From Candidatus Nanohalobium constans (GTDB lineage Archaea > Nanohalarchaeota > Nanosalinia > Nanosalinales > Nanosalinaceae): DNA of 32,000 bases. The position numbers and the translations under genes were made by a program. Under the pieces are notes generated by a model. That model searched no databases. It had not been told where the DNA came from and saw only the letters and a list, made by a program, of their open reading frames with translations. Positions within the stretch are counted from its first letter, which is position 1, and each line of letters begins with the position of its first letter. The stretch is taken from the NCBI RefSeq assembly GCF_009617975.1, contig NZ_CP040089.1:690001-722000 (forward strand), written 5' to 3'. Of this stretch, positions 17,902 to 24,887 are shown piece by piece.

Positions 17902-17920
17902 TAAAACTTTATAAAACTTT
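17902..17920. promoter_or_regulatory. tandem direct repeat TAAAACTTT x2 (10-nt register) in the antitoxin promoter, a candidate RHH operator/TATA region
   Basis: TAAAACTTT occurs at 17902-17910 and 17912-17920, 17-35 nt upstream of the antitoxin ATG (17885, minus strand). Confidence 0.3.
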
Positions 17921-17997
17921 GCTCGAATAGTGGGGAGCGGCAAGCTAAGACCCTGACACAGGTCATGTACTAAAGTCTTTTTGACAAAGTAACAAAC

Positions 17998-18744
17998 ATG
18001 CCACAGCAGAAGAGACAGGTCGCAAAGATCACCAACACACACGAGTTGAACACCGGAAAATACTTTCAGAGAGAAGGCTTCGAACCAAACTTCCTACTGA
18101 CTCCGGAAGGAAAGAGACTGTCTCGTGCACGGATCGTCGCAACTGTGGTAGACCGATTCATCAACGACGACGAAACATACGGCAGCATTACTTTAGACGA
18201 CGGAAACGATACTACACAAGTCAAGTTCTTCAACGAACTCGAACTAATGGAAGGATTCGAAGAAGGAGACATCATCGAAGTAGTCGGCAAAGTAAGAGAG
18301 TACCAGGGCCAGATCTACCTAGACGGAGAAATCCTGACCCACACCAATCCCGAAGCAGAACTACTCCACCAACTCCGCTACAAAAAAACACAGGAAGAAT
18401 GGAGCACAATACACGAAACCGTCAAACAACTCAAAGAAAGCGGTAAAGACCAAGAAGAAATCAACAAAGAAATGGCCGGCAAACTAAACGAAAACGAAGT
18501 CGACGCACTACTACAAAGCTTCGGAGAAACATTCACACAAGCAGAAACAGAAGAAGACAGAGAAAACCTCGAAAGAGAAGTACTCCAAGCAGTAGAAAAC
18601 CTCGACGAAGGCGACGGCGCAGACTACGCAGACATAATCAACGAAATAGACGAACCAGAAGACCAACTAGAAGAAACAATCAACAACCTACTCAGCGACG
18701 GAACCTGCTACGAACCACAACCCGGCAAAATAAAGAAACTATGA
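17998..18744 (+). CDS. RPA32/Stn1-like OB-fold protein with C-terminal winged helix
   Basis: OB-like core ARIVATVVDRFINDDETYGSITLDDGNDTTQVKFFN...GDIIEVVGKVREYQGQIYLDGE. An acidic linker is followed by the C-terminal wH-like tail LEETINNLLSDGTCYEPQPGKIKKL. The composition is acidic like the host genes. Confidence 0.55.
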   Translation: MPQQKRQVAKITNTHELNTGKYFQREGFEPNFLLTPEGKRLSRARIVATVVDRFINDDETYGSITLDDGNDTTQVKFFNELELMEGFEEGDIIEVVGKVREYQGQIYLDGEILTHTNPEAELLHQLRYKKTQEEWSTIHETVKQLKESGKDQEEINKEMAGKLNENEVDALLQSFGETFTQAETEEDRENLEREVLQAVENLDEGDGADYADIINEIDEPEDQLEETINNLLSDGTCYEPQPGKIKKL

Positions 18745-18789
18745 CTTAATTGGCAATATAGCTAGATAGAAGATTATCACGCCGACAAA

Positions 18790-18805
18790 AAACCTAATTA
18801 GGTTT
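18790..18805. repeat. perfect 16-bp palindrome AAACCTAATTAGGTTT
   Basis: Read directly from the sequence. It lies 46 nt after the stop of the RPA32-like gene and 19 nt before ATG 18824. Confidence 0.6.
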
Positions 18806-18823
18806 GCATAGAAATTAACTATC

Positions 18824-19270
18824 ATGCCTGTATTGGACAAAGTTGAGGATTATTTCAGTTCTTCAGGAGATACTAAAATATACTATGTAAATGACAATAC
18901 TCACAGTCAAGCCACCCCTGAATACAAAAAATCAATAGTTAGATCTTTAGAGAAAGGGAAAAACATCAAAGTATTCCCTGAGTCCATTTCATACCAAATC
19001 AAACATAGAGACAGATGGGAATACTTATTACAACAACTGCTTAAAGGTGAAGCCAGATTAGATAAAAATTCCTTAAAATACAAAGGAGAAACTGTCCATT
19101 TATCCCCTAGCCTACACTGCTTACTATCTGAATCATATAATTACAGGAATAAAATTGATAAGATATATCCATCGCCAGCCTATGGAGGAGAAATAAGGAG
19201 AGAAGATAAAGGAACTACAGAAAAAAGGAGAAACTTCAGAACCAGACAAGATGATCAAATTACTGGCTGA
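18824..19270 (+). CDS. hypothetical non-acidic protein (possible 5' part of a frameshifted gene)
   Basis: 148-aa ORF that is K/N/Y/S-rich, in a more A/T-rich stretch. The N-terminal IYYVNDNTHSQATPEYKKSIVRSLEKGKNIKVFPES is loosely reminiscent of the first motif of the erythromycin-esterase/TraB/TIKI/ChaN superfamily (unverified). Confidence 0.4.
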   Translation: MPVLDKVEDYFSSSGDTKIYYVNDNTHSQATPEYKKSIVRSLEKGKNIKVFPESISYQIKHRDRWEYLLQQLLKGEARLDKNSLKYKGETVHLSPSLHCLLSESYNYRNKIDKIYPSPAYGGEIRREDKGTTEKRRNFRTRQDDQITG

Positions 19271-19499
19271 TCATACATTCAAGAGAGATGTATCCTATAA
19301 ATCATACATAGACAAGAAACTTAATAACCATAAAGGGAGTGCAGTAGTCGTGATGGGAGCAACTCACAATTTGGGTTTTCTGCTATCCAAAGATTATAAC
19401 ACTAGAAAGATGAATGACAAAAAATTGCAAACTAACTCTGCCAACTTTAGAGCAAATCGCATGGCACTAAGAAAACTAAAAGATAAAATAAACAACTAA
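19251..19499 (+). CDS. hypothetical basic protein (possible 3' part of the same frameshifted gene)
   Basis: 82-aa ORF with no Glu residue at all. Its frame is open from 19197 and overlaps the upstream ORF. AVVVMGATHNLGF resembles the C-terminal G-x-x-H motif of the same superfamily (unverified). Confidence 0.35.
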   Translation: MIKLLADHTFKRDVSYKSYIDKKLNNHKGSAVVVMGATHNLGFLLSKDYNTRKMNDKKLQTNSANFRANRMALRKLKDKINN

Positions 19500-19583
19500 T
19501 TATGAGTAGTTGATAGAGATCCTCTTTATACTCTTCTATATAAGAGCATCCAACTTAAGAAGATCACCCACAGTAAGAGAACT

Positions 19584-19982
19584 ATGAACAACTACGATGA
19601 ATTACTCGAAAAAGGTAAGGAGGAAACTCCTGATGACTTGGAGAAGGAAGAGAGATTTGAAGTCCCTGAGTTGAAGACGAGGAAGGATGGTTCCCGGACG
19701 ATTATTGAGGATTTCTCCGGTATTGCTGAGAAGCTGGGCAGGGAGGAGAAGGTTCTGTCCAACTTTATTCAGAATGAGCTTGGTACTGCTGGACATATTG
19801 AAGGCGATGAACTGGTTCTTAATGGAGAGTTCCGCCGTGGTAATGTTCAGGGGCGTCTGGAGAATTATGTTGATGAGTATGTGTATTGTCCTGAGTGCGG
19901 GCGTCCTGATACAGAGATTAAGAAGGAGAAGGGCGTTGAGATTATGAAATGTCAGGCTTGTGGTGCCCGGACTTCTCTATAA
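19584..19982 (+). CDS. eif2b: translation initiation factor 2 subunit beta (aIF2-beta)
   Basis: 132 aa. RFEVPELKTRKDGSRTIIEDF ... NFIQNELGTAGHIEG ... RLENYVDEYVYCPECGRPDTEIKKEKGVEIMKCQACGA is the typical aIF2-beta core plus C4 zinc ribbon. Confidence 0.9.
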   Translation: MNNYDELLEKGKEETPDDLEKEERFEVPELKTRKDGSRTIIEDFSGIAEKLGREEKVLSNFIQNELGTAGHIEGDELVLNGEFRRGNVQGRLENYVDEYVYCPECGRPDTEIKKEKGVEIMKCQACGARTSL

Positions 19983-20019
19983 CATAATTCTTTTATTTGT
20001 TTCTTTGAAGTAGTTACAT

Positions 20020-20439
20020 ATGGATTATCCTGTTGAGGATCCTAGAAGAGGCAGAGTTTTTGATGCTGGAGTTGAGAATTTGGAAGCATTAGCAGAGGTT
20101 CTCAGCGAGTATGCTTCTAAGCTGGAAACCGCTGTTGAGATGTATGACGGCGAGGAACAGTTCAGAAAGGCAACCGAATTCAATAGAGTAGCTGTTAGAG
20201 CCTATGAAACTATAGATGAGTGGCAAGATGATTCTGAAGAATACGATGATGAATTACTGGGGAAAGATCCGCAGGTTTTAGCGAAAGAGGCTCAATCAGT
20301 AGATAAAGATGAGGTGCAGAGAAGAGTAGATGCTAGAAATGAGCTTTTAGCGGCCGAGAGAAATTATCTGGACGCTGTGAGGAAAGCAGAACAGGAAGTT
20401 GAATGTTCTTGGAGAACCGTAAAAAGTTCGCTGGTTTAA
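20020..20439 (+). CDS. hypothetical acidic helical protein
   Basis: 139-aa ORF with host-like composition and no recognisable family. Confidence 0.5.
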   Translation: MDYPVEDPRRGRVFDAGVENLEALAEVLSEYASKLETAVEMYDGEEQFRKATEFNRVAVRAYETIDEWQDDSEEYDDELLGKDPQVLAKEAQSVDKDEVQRRVDARNELLAAERNYLDAVRKAEQEVECSWRTVKSSLV

Positions 20440-20518
20440 AAAGGTTGGAGGTATATGTTGATTTTAGGAGGTTCGAGCTAGTTGTTTGGACTTCTCTATT
20501 TGAGGTGTAAATTTATTT

Positions 20519-20752
20519 ATGGCAGATCAACCACAGCAGATGGACGCTCAGCAAGCTATGCAGATGATGCAGCAAAAACTCGGTAATGTAGAACTTACTG
20601 TGCACGCACTTCTCTCTGTACTCGATGAAAAAGACGTTATCGACCAGGAAGAAGTAAACGAAGAAGCACAGAGCATTGTCGAAGAGATGCAGCAACAGCA
20701 AGCAGATGGCGAAGGCGGCATCCCAGAAGACCTAGAAGACGAACTGGAATAA
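20519..20752 (+). CDS. hypothetical small Q/E-rich protein
   Basis: 77-aa ORF (MADQPQQMDAQQAMQMMQQKLG...EEMQQQQADGEGG...) with no recognisable family. Confidence 0.45.
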   Translation: MADQPQQMDAQQAMQMMQQKLGNVELTVHALLSVLDEKDVIDQEEVNEEAQSIVEEMQQQQADGEGGIPEDLEDELE

Positions 20753-20819
20753 TTAGTTCGAGTTTTCTAGCCGCTTATTCATTTTTCTCTCTTTATTTTT
20801 GTTCATATTTATTGGGAAA

Positions 20820-21731
20820 TTAGATTCTTAGGTAGATCCATATTGTTCCATATATCATCATAATTGCCGTTCCTATATACACGAGTCTCTCAATATGTTC
20901 TCTCTGTGGTTTAAGAGCTGCTAATGTTAGACCGTGAAATGTCAGTAGTAGGAAAATTTTTGTTTCCTGACTCCACGCCTCTAATGCAAGTGCAAGCAGA
21001 ATAGATAGTTGAAATAGTGCGATAGGTATTTTCTTACCTGATTCAACTGCTATGGTTGTTATATCAGCTCTTTTATCAGGTTGATAATCCATTACTGCGG
21101 CTAGCGCATGACCTCCTCCTCCATAGATAAGTGAGAACCACATAGCTCCTGGAATTATATCGCTGAAAGAAGCTCCAGTTAATCCAACACCTATGGCAAA
21201 TGTTGCATAGGCCATCAAGAAGTTTACGAAGGAATCAAGAAAAGGTCTTCCTTTTAATCTTATTGGAGGCGCTGAATACATCAAACTGAGTATTGTCAGG
21301 ATTATTAATGCTATACTTGCAGTCCTAGGAAGAATAAGTGATAGAATGAAGGCAGATATTATAGAAAATATTGTTACCCACTTTGCTATCATCTCTTTTC
21401 TTTGGTCAACGACCTCTCCCTGTATCCCGCCTTTTCTAGGATTATTTTCATCTGTCTCTGAATCAAAGTAGTCGTTTGGGGCAAAACCAACATAAAAAGA
21501 AACCAATGTTACAAGCGTTGCAATGGGAAGAATCGAGAGGGAAAAACCATTGGCAGATACTATGGCTGCCAGCATAGTAATTATACCTATCGGTATCCCT
21601 ATAGGGCGGCATAAACCAATAAATGTCTTAATATAAAGGAGGAGCTCACTTTTCTCCAATCGGCGCACATTCCTCACCCAGTGGTCCCTCTTCACATGTT
21701 GGGTTTTGTGCTTTGCAGTGTTCTCTGCCAT
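20820..21731 (-). CDS. UbiA-family prenyltransferase (integral membrane)
   Basis: Multiple TM helices. The first Asp-rich motif is NDYFDSETDENNPRKGG (NDxxDxxxD). The conserved N-terminal LYIKTFIGLCRPIGIPIG is also present. The start is uncertain: ATG 21731, GTG 21668 or TTG 21659. All overlap the 3' end of nth by 14-86 nt. Confidence 0.75.
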   Translation of the reverse strand: MAENTAKHKTQHVKRDHWVRNVRRLEKSELLLYIKTFIGLCRPIGIPIGIITMLAAIVSANGFSLSILPIATLVTLVSFYVGFAPNDYFDSETDENNPRKGGIQGEVVDQRKEMIAKWVTIFSIISAFILSLILPRTASIALIILTILSLMYSAPPIRLKGRPFLDSFVNFLMAYATFAIGVGLTGASFSDIIPGAMWFSLIYGGGGHALAAVMDYQPDKRADITTIAVESGKKIPIALFQLSILLALALEAWSQETKIFLLLTFHGLTLAALKPQREHIERLVYIGTAIMMIYGTIWIYLRI

Positions 21732-22314
21732 GGTCGATCAGTAATCGGTGGAATTCGTATTTTATGTCATCAGGGACTTTTTCTTCGAGTATGTCGTGTG
21801 CTTTGGTCCTAGAAGCAGTTTCTGGTATAATTCCTAGTCTTTTGGAGACTCTGTGGACATGTGTGTCAACTGGCATAACCGGTTTGTCGAAGTGAAAGCA
21901 GAGGATTATTGCTGCAGTTTTAGGACCAATACCCGGGATTTCTGTCAACCATTTCTTGCCTTCTTCTATGCTCATGTCCTCTATAAAGTCGATGCTGTAT
22001 TCTCCTTGATCCTCTCTTATGATTTCCAGTGCTTTCTGTATTCTTTCTGCCTTAGTAGGACCTAGCCCTGCAATTCTGATAGTATCAGTCAACTCTTCAT
22101 AATCTGCGTTTTCTACTGTTTTCCAGTTGTCGCCGTATTTCTCTTTCAGGTTCTGAAAGGCTTTATCCCTGTTAATGTCATTTGTGTTTTGGGATAGGAT
22201 TGTTTCGACCAGGTAGTCGATACCACTCATCTCTGTCGGCTGTTCTGGCTCTCCATAGTACTCCTTAAGTTCCTGATTTATCCTTCGGATTTTCTCCTCA
22301 TCAGATTCTACCAT
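21646..22314 (-). CDS. nth: endonuclease III-family HhH-GPD DNA glycosylase
   Basis: Helix-hairpin-helix LTEIPGIGPKTAAIILCF, then PVDTHVHRVSKRLGII. The C-terminal Fe-S loop-like segment CKAQNPTCEEGPLGEEC has the Nth spacing C-x6-C-x2-[C]-x5-C, but Gly replaces the third Cys. Confidence 0.8.
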   Translation of the reverse strand: MVESDEEKIRRINQELKEYYGEPEQPTEMSGIDYLVETILSQNTNDINRDKAFQNLKEKYGDNWKTVENADYEELTDTIRIAGLGPTKAERIQKALEIIREDQGEYSIDFIEDMSIEEGKKWLTEIPGIGPKTAAIILCFHFDKPVMPVDTHVHRVSKRLGIIPETASRTKAHDILEEKVPDDIKYEFHRLLIDHGREHCKAQNPTCEEGPLGEECAPIGEK

Positions 22315-22347
22315 AAAAAATTAGTCTCCGGACGACTGTTTTAAAAT

Positions 22348-23229
22348 CTATTTTAGAACCAAGCGGAAGTTGTAAAGTGCGTCTACAGAACCTCTATCGC
22401 CGTCAAAACCGCCAAGGAAATCGCCCGGAAGCTTCTTGCATAGGGATTTCTCACCAACCAGGAGAGTATCCTCATCAATCTTCTCTTCCACTAGTTCAAG
22501 GTGCTCATCTATCTGTTCCTGACGCTTTCTCTCAAAACGACCCTGTGAGAAACCGCCTTTCTTCTGTTTGCTGTCAACACGCGAAGAAACTTCCTCTCTA
22601 ACTAATATCTCACCATCCTTCTCTTCAAATATTGTTGTTTCGCCTGCTGAGACTGCAGCCCACTTTTTCTTCTTCTCGACAAATGAAAAAATCTTTGAAG
22701 CATCAAAGCTATCTGAAACCACCCATTTAGGCTTGAAGAACGCTCGCATCTTGAATTTAACCTGTAGAAAGTCTTCATCCATGAAAGCAGCGAAGCCTTT
22801 ATCATCAGACAGAAACTCAAAGTTCTCTTTGGAAATAGACGACTTGAGACCCTGTTGATCACTTAATCTCCGAACTGTTTGAGGAGAGTAAATAGTTAAG
22901 AGATCATTTTCAGGAGACTCGATAGACCTCAATTTATTCAAAATTCTTTTTCCCTGTTTAAAAGAGATTTTCTCTATCTCTTGACCCTCCATATCCGTAG
23001 AATCGTCTCTGCTTGTGCCTTGGTTCTGGATCTTCTGCTCCAGCTTGTTTATTTTTTCTTCTGCCTCCTGTTTCTGTGTTGAGAGTTTGGAGCGGCGTTC
23101 TTTCTCTGCTCGGAACCTTTCCTTGAAGCTTTCCTTGTCTTCTTCCAGTGCTTCTATTTTCTCTTGAAGTTCCTTCTTCTCTTGCTGTAGTTCTTCTATT
23201 TCTTGTTTCTGGTTCCAGGGCAGTTTCAT
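22348..23229 (-). CDS. coiled-coil protein with Vms1/ANKZF1-like (VLRF1, eRF1-fold) peptidyl-tRNA hydrolase-type loop
   Basis: An N-terminal ~75-aa E/K/Q coiled coil is followed by a globular domain containing KKGGFSQGRFERKRQEQ. This resembles the GG-x-SQ-x-R[FY]-x-R-x-R catalytic loop I recall for prokaryotic Vms1/VLRF1 proteins. Recognition is by motif only. Confidence 0.5.
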   Translation of the reverse strand: MKLPWNQKQEIEELQQEKKELQEKIEALEEDKESFKERFRAEKERRSKLSTQKQEAEEKINKLEQKIQNQGTSRDDSTDMEGQEIEKISFKQGKRILNKLRSIESPENDLLTIYSPQTVRRLSDQQGLKSSISKENFEFLSDDKGFAAFMDEDFLQVKFKMRAFFKPKWVVSDSFDASKIFSFVEKKKKWAAVSAGETTIFEEKDGEILVREEVSSRVDSKQKKGGFSQGRFERKRQEQIDEHLELVEEKIDEDTLLVGEKSLCKKLPGDFLGGFDGDRGSVDALYNFRLVLK

Positions 23230-23326
23230 GTATTTCTCTGGGTTAGGAGGGTTTTTGACGGTTGTGTTGAAGCATGGGAAGACTTTTTAAGACTCATCGG
23301 GTTAACAGTTCTTGTAGTGGTAAATA

Positions 23327-23623
23327 ATGGCTGAAATGACAGTTGAGGAACTTAATCCAGAAGCAGATGATGTTGAAATCGAAGGAACAATTAAAGAACT
23401 TCCAACACCTCGAGCCGTATCAACACGGTACGGACAGAAACGGATCACAACCGTAGTATTCGAGGACGAGACAGGAACTATCGACCTGACACTATGGGAG
23501 GAAGAAATCGACGCAATCGAAGAAGGAGCAGAAGTCCACATCACCGGAGCATATGTCCGAGAATGGGCAGACGACATCCAACTCAACATCGGGAGAGACG
23601 GAGACATCGAACAAGTCGAATAA
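23327..23623 (+). CDS. single-OB-fold ssDNA-binding protein (crenarchaeal-SSB/RPA-like)
   Basis: 98 aa. EIEGTIKELPTPRAVSTRYGQKRITTVVFEDETGTIDLTLWEEEIDAIEEGAEVHITGAYVREWADDIQLNIG is collinear with the Sulfolobus-type SSB OB domain (... DETG-x-[IV]-x-LTLW ... EG ... QLN-x-G). Confidence 0.65.
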   Translation: MAEMTVEELNPEADDVEIEGTIKELPTPRAVSTRYGQKRITTVVFEDETGTIDLTLWEEEIDAIEEGAEVHITGAYVREWADDIQLNIGRDGDIEQVE

Positions 23624-23640
23624 AACTCATCTTTTCCCAA

Positions 23641-23667
23641 AAAAACTACTTTTCTCTACTAGTTTTT
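23641..23667 (+). terminator. A/T-rich hairpin ending in T5 after the SSB gene (candidate terminator)
   Basis: AAAAACTA (23641-23648) pairs with TAGTTTTT (23660-23667) across an 11-nt loop. It begins 18 nt after the stop at 23623, and the 3' arm ends in a T5 run. Confidence 0.3.
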
Positions 23668-23708
23668 CCTTTCTAATTTAAAACTCCAGAAGTCCTTTCT
23701 ACTTAGAG

Positions 23709-24794
23709 ATGGGTATCGACGACCGCATCCAGGAACTGGAAGAGAAACTTGAGAAGACTCCTGTGAACAAGGCAACGGAGACAGAAAGAGGCCGTTTGAA
23801 AGGTCAAATCGCTGAGTTGAAGGAGGAAAAACAGAAAAAGCAGAAAGGAACCGGCGACACCTCAGGCTACGCAGTCAAGAAGAAAGGAGATGCAACAGTC
23901 GCACTCGTAGGATTCCCATCAGTAGGAAAGAGCACGCTTCTCAACAATATGACTAATGCTGACTCAGACACCGGAGCATACGAGTTCACAACACTAGATG
24001 TCAATCCAGGAATGCTAAAGCACAAGGGAGCAAATATTCAGGTCTTAGATGTTCCAGGGCTTATAGGCGGTGCTGCAGATGGAAGAGGTGGCGGAACACA
24101 GGTTCTTTCAGTTGTGAGGAACGCTGAGTTTGTTGTAATTATGCTTGATCCTGAAGAGATGAGGGAAGACGAGATTAAGTCCGAGCTGTACAACGCCGGA
24201 ATCCGGATAAACAAGCATCCACCAGATATGAAAGTTGAGAAGAAAGGACGTGGAGGAATAAATATTTCCACCACAGTCGATCTGGATATCCAAGAAGAGA
24301 CTATCAAGCAGATGATGCAGCAGAGAGGCTACACAAATGCCGAAGTAATAATAAGAGAAGAACTAGACCTAGACCGTTTCGTCGACGGACTGATGAGGAA
24401 CAGAAAATATGTTCCGGCAATAACTGTAGTTAACAAAGCTGATATGCTGGACTCCGAGACAAGGAAGGAGTATGAGGATAAGTATGATTTACTGATCTCT
24501 GCCGAAAAACAGAAAAACCTGGAAAATTTGAAAGACGAAATTTTCAAAGGTCTAGGCTTAATCCGCGTCTACATGAAGGAGAAAGGCGAGGATCCTGACA
24601 AGGATGAGCCTTTAATCCTTACAGAGGGCGACGCAGTCGAGGACGCATTGGAGATACTGCCAGGCGATATGAAGGACCGTTTCAAAAAGGCGAAGGTGAC
24701 AGGCGAGAGCTCCAAATTCCCTGAGCAGAAAGTCGGTGTAGAACATGAACTGATGGACGAAGATATTCTTGAACTAAATCTGCGGCACATATAA
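23709..24794 (+). CDS. DRG/Rbg-family OBG-like GTPase with C-terminal TGS domain
   Basis: 361 aa. N-terminal helical MGIDDRIQELEEKLEKTPVNKATE. G1 GFPSVGKSTLL, G3 DVPGLIGGA, G4 VVNKADM. TGS-like IRVYMKEKGEDPDKDEPLIL. Confidence 0.9.
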   Translation: MGIDDRIQELEEKLEKTPVNKATETERGRLKGQIAELKEEKQKKQKGTGDTSGYAVKKKGDATVALVGFPSVGKSTLLNNMTNADSDTGAYEFTTLDVNPGMLKHKGANIQVLDVPGLIGGAADGRGGGTQVLSVVRNAEFVVIMLDPEEMREDEIKSELYNAGIRINKHPPDMKVEKKGRGGINISTTVDLDIQEETIKQMMQQRGYTNAEVIIREELDLDRFVDGLMRNRKYVPAITVVNKADMLDSETRKEYEDKYDLLISAEKQKNLENLKDEIFKGLGLIRVYMKEKGEDPDKDEPLILTEGDAVEDALEILPGDMKDRFKKAKVTGESSKFPEQKVGVEHELMDEDILELNLRHI

Positions 24795-24855
24795 AGGAGA
24801 GCTTAGAAACCTCTAAAAACTGTTTTAAACATTCTAAGCGTTTTAAATCAAAGAG

Positions 24856-24863
24856 TATTTAAA
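24856..24863 (+). promoter_or_regulatory. TATA-like box (TATTTAAA) upstream of the 37-codon ORF
   Basis: Centred about 28 nt before ATG 24888, the same spacing as at the lig, eif5a, cca and 4569 starts. Confidence 0.3.
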
Positions 24864-24887
24864 GGTTTCAAAGGTTATTCGTATTTG

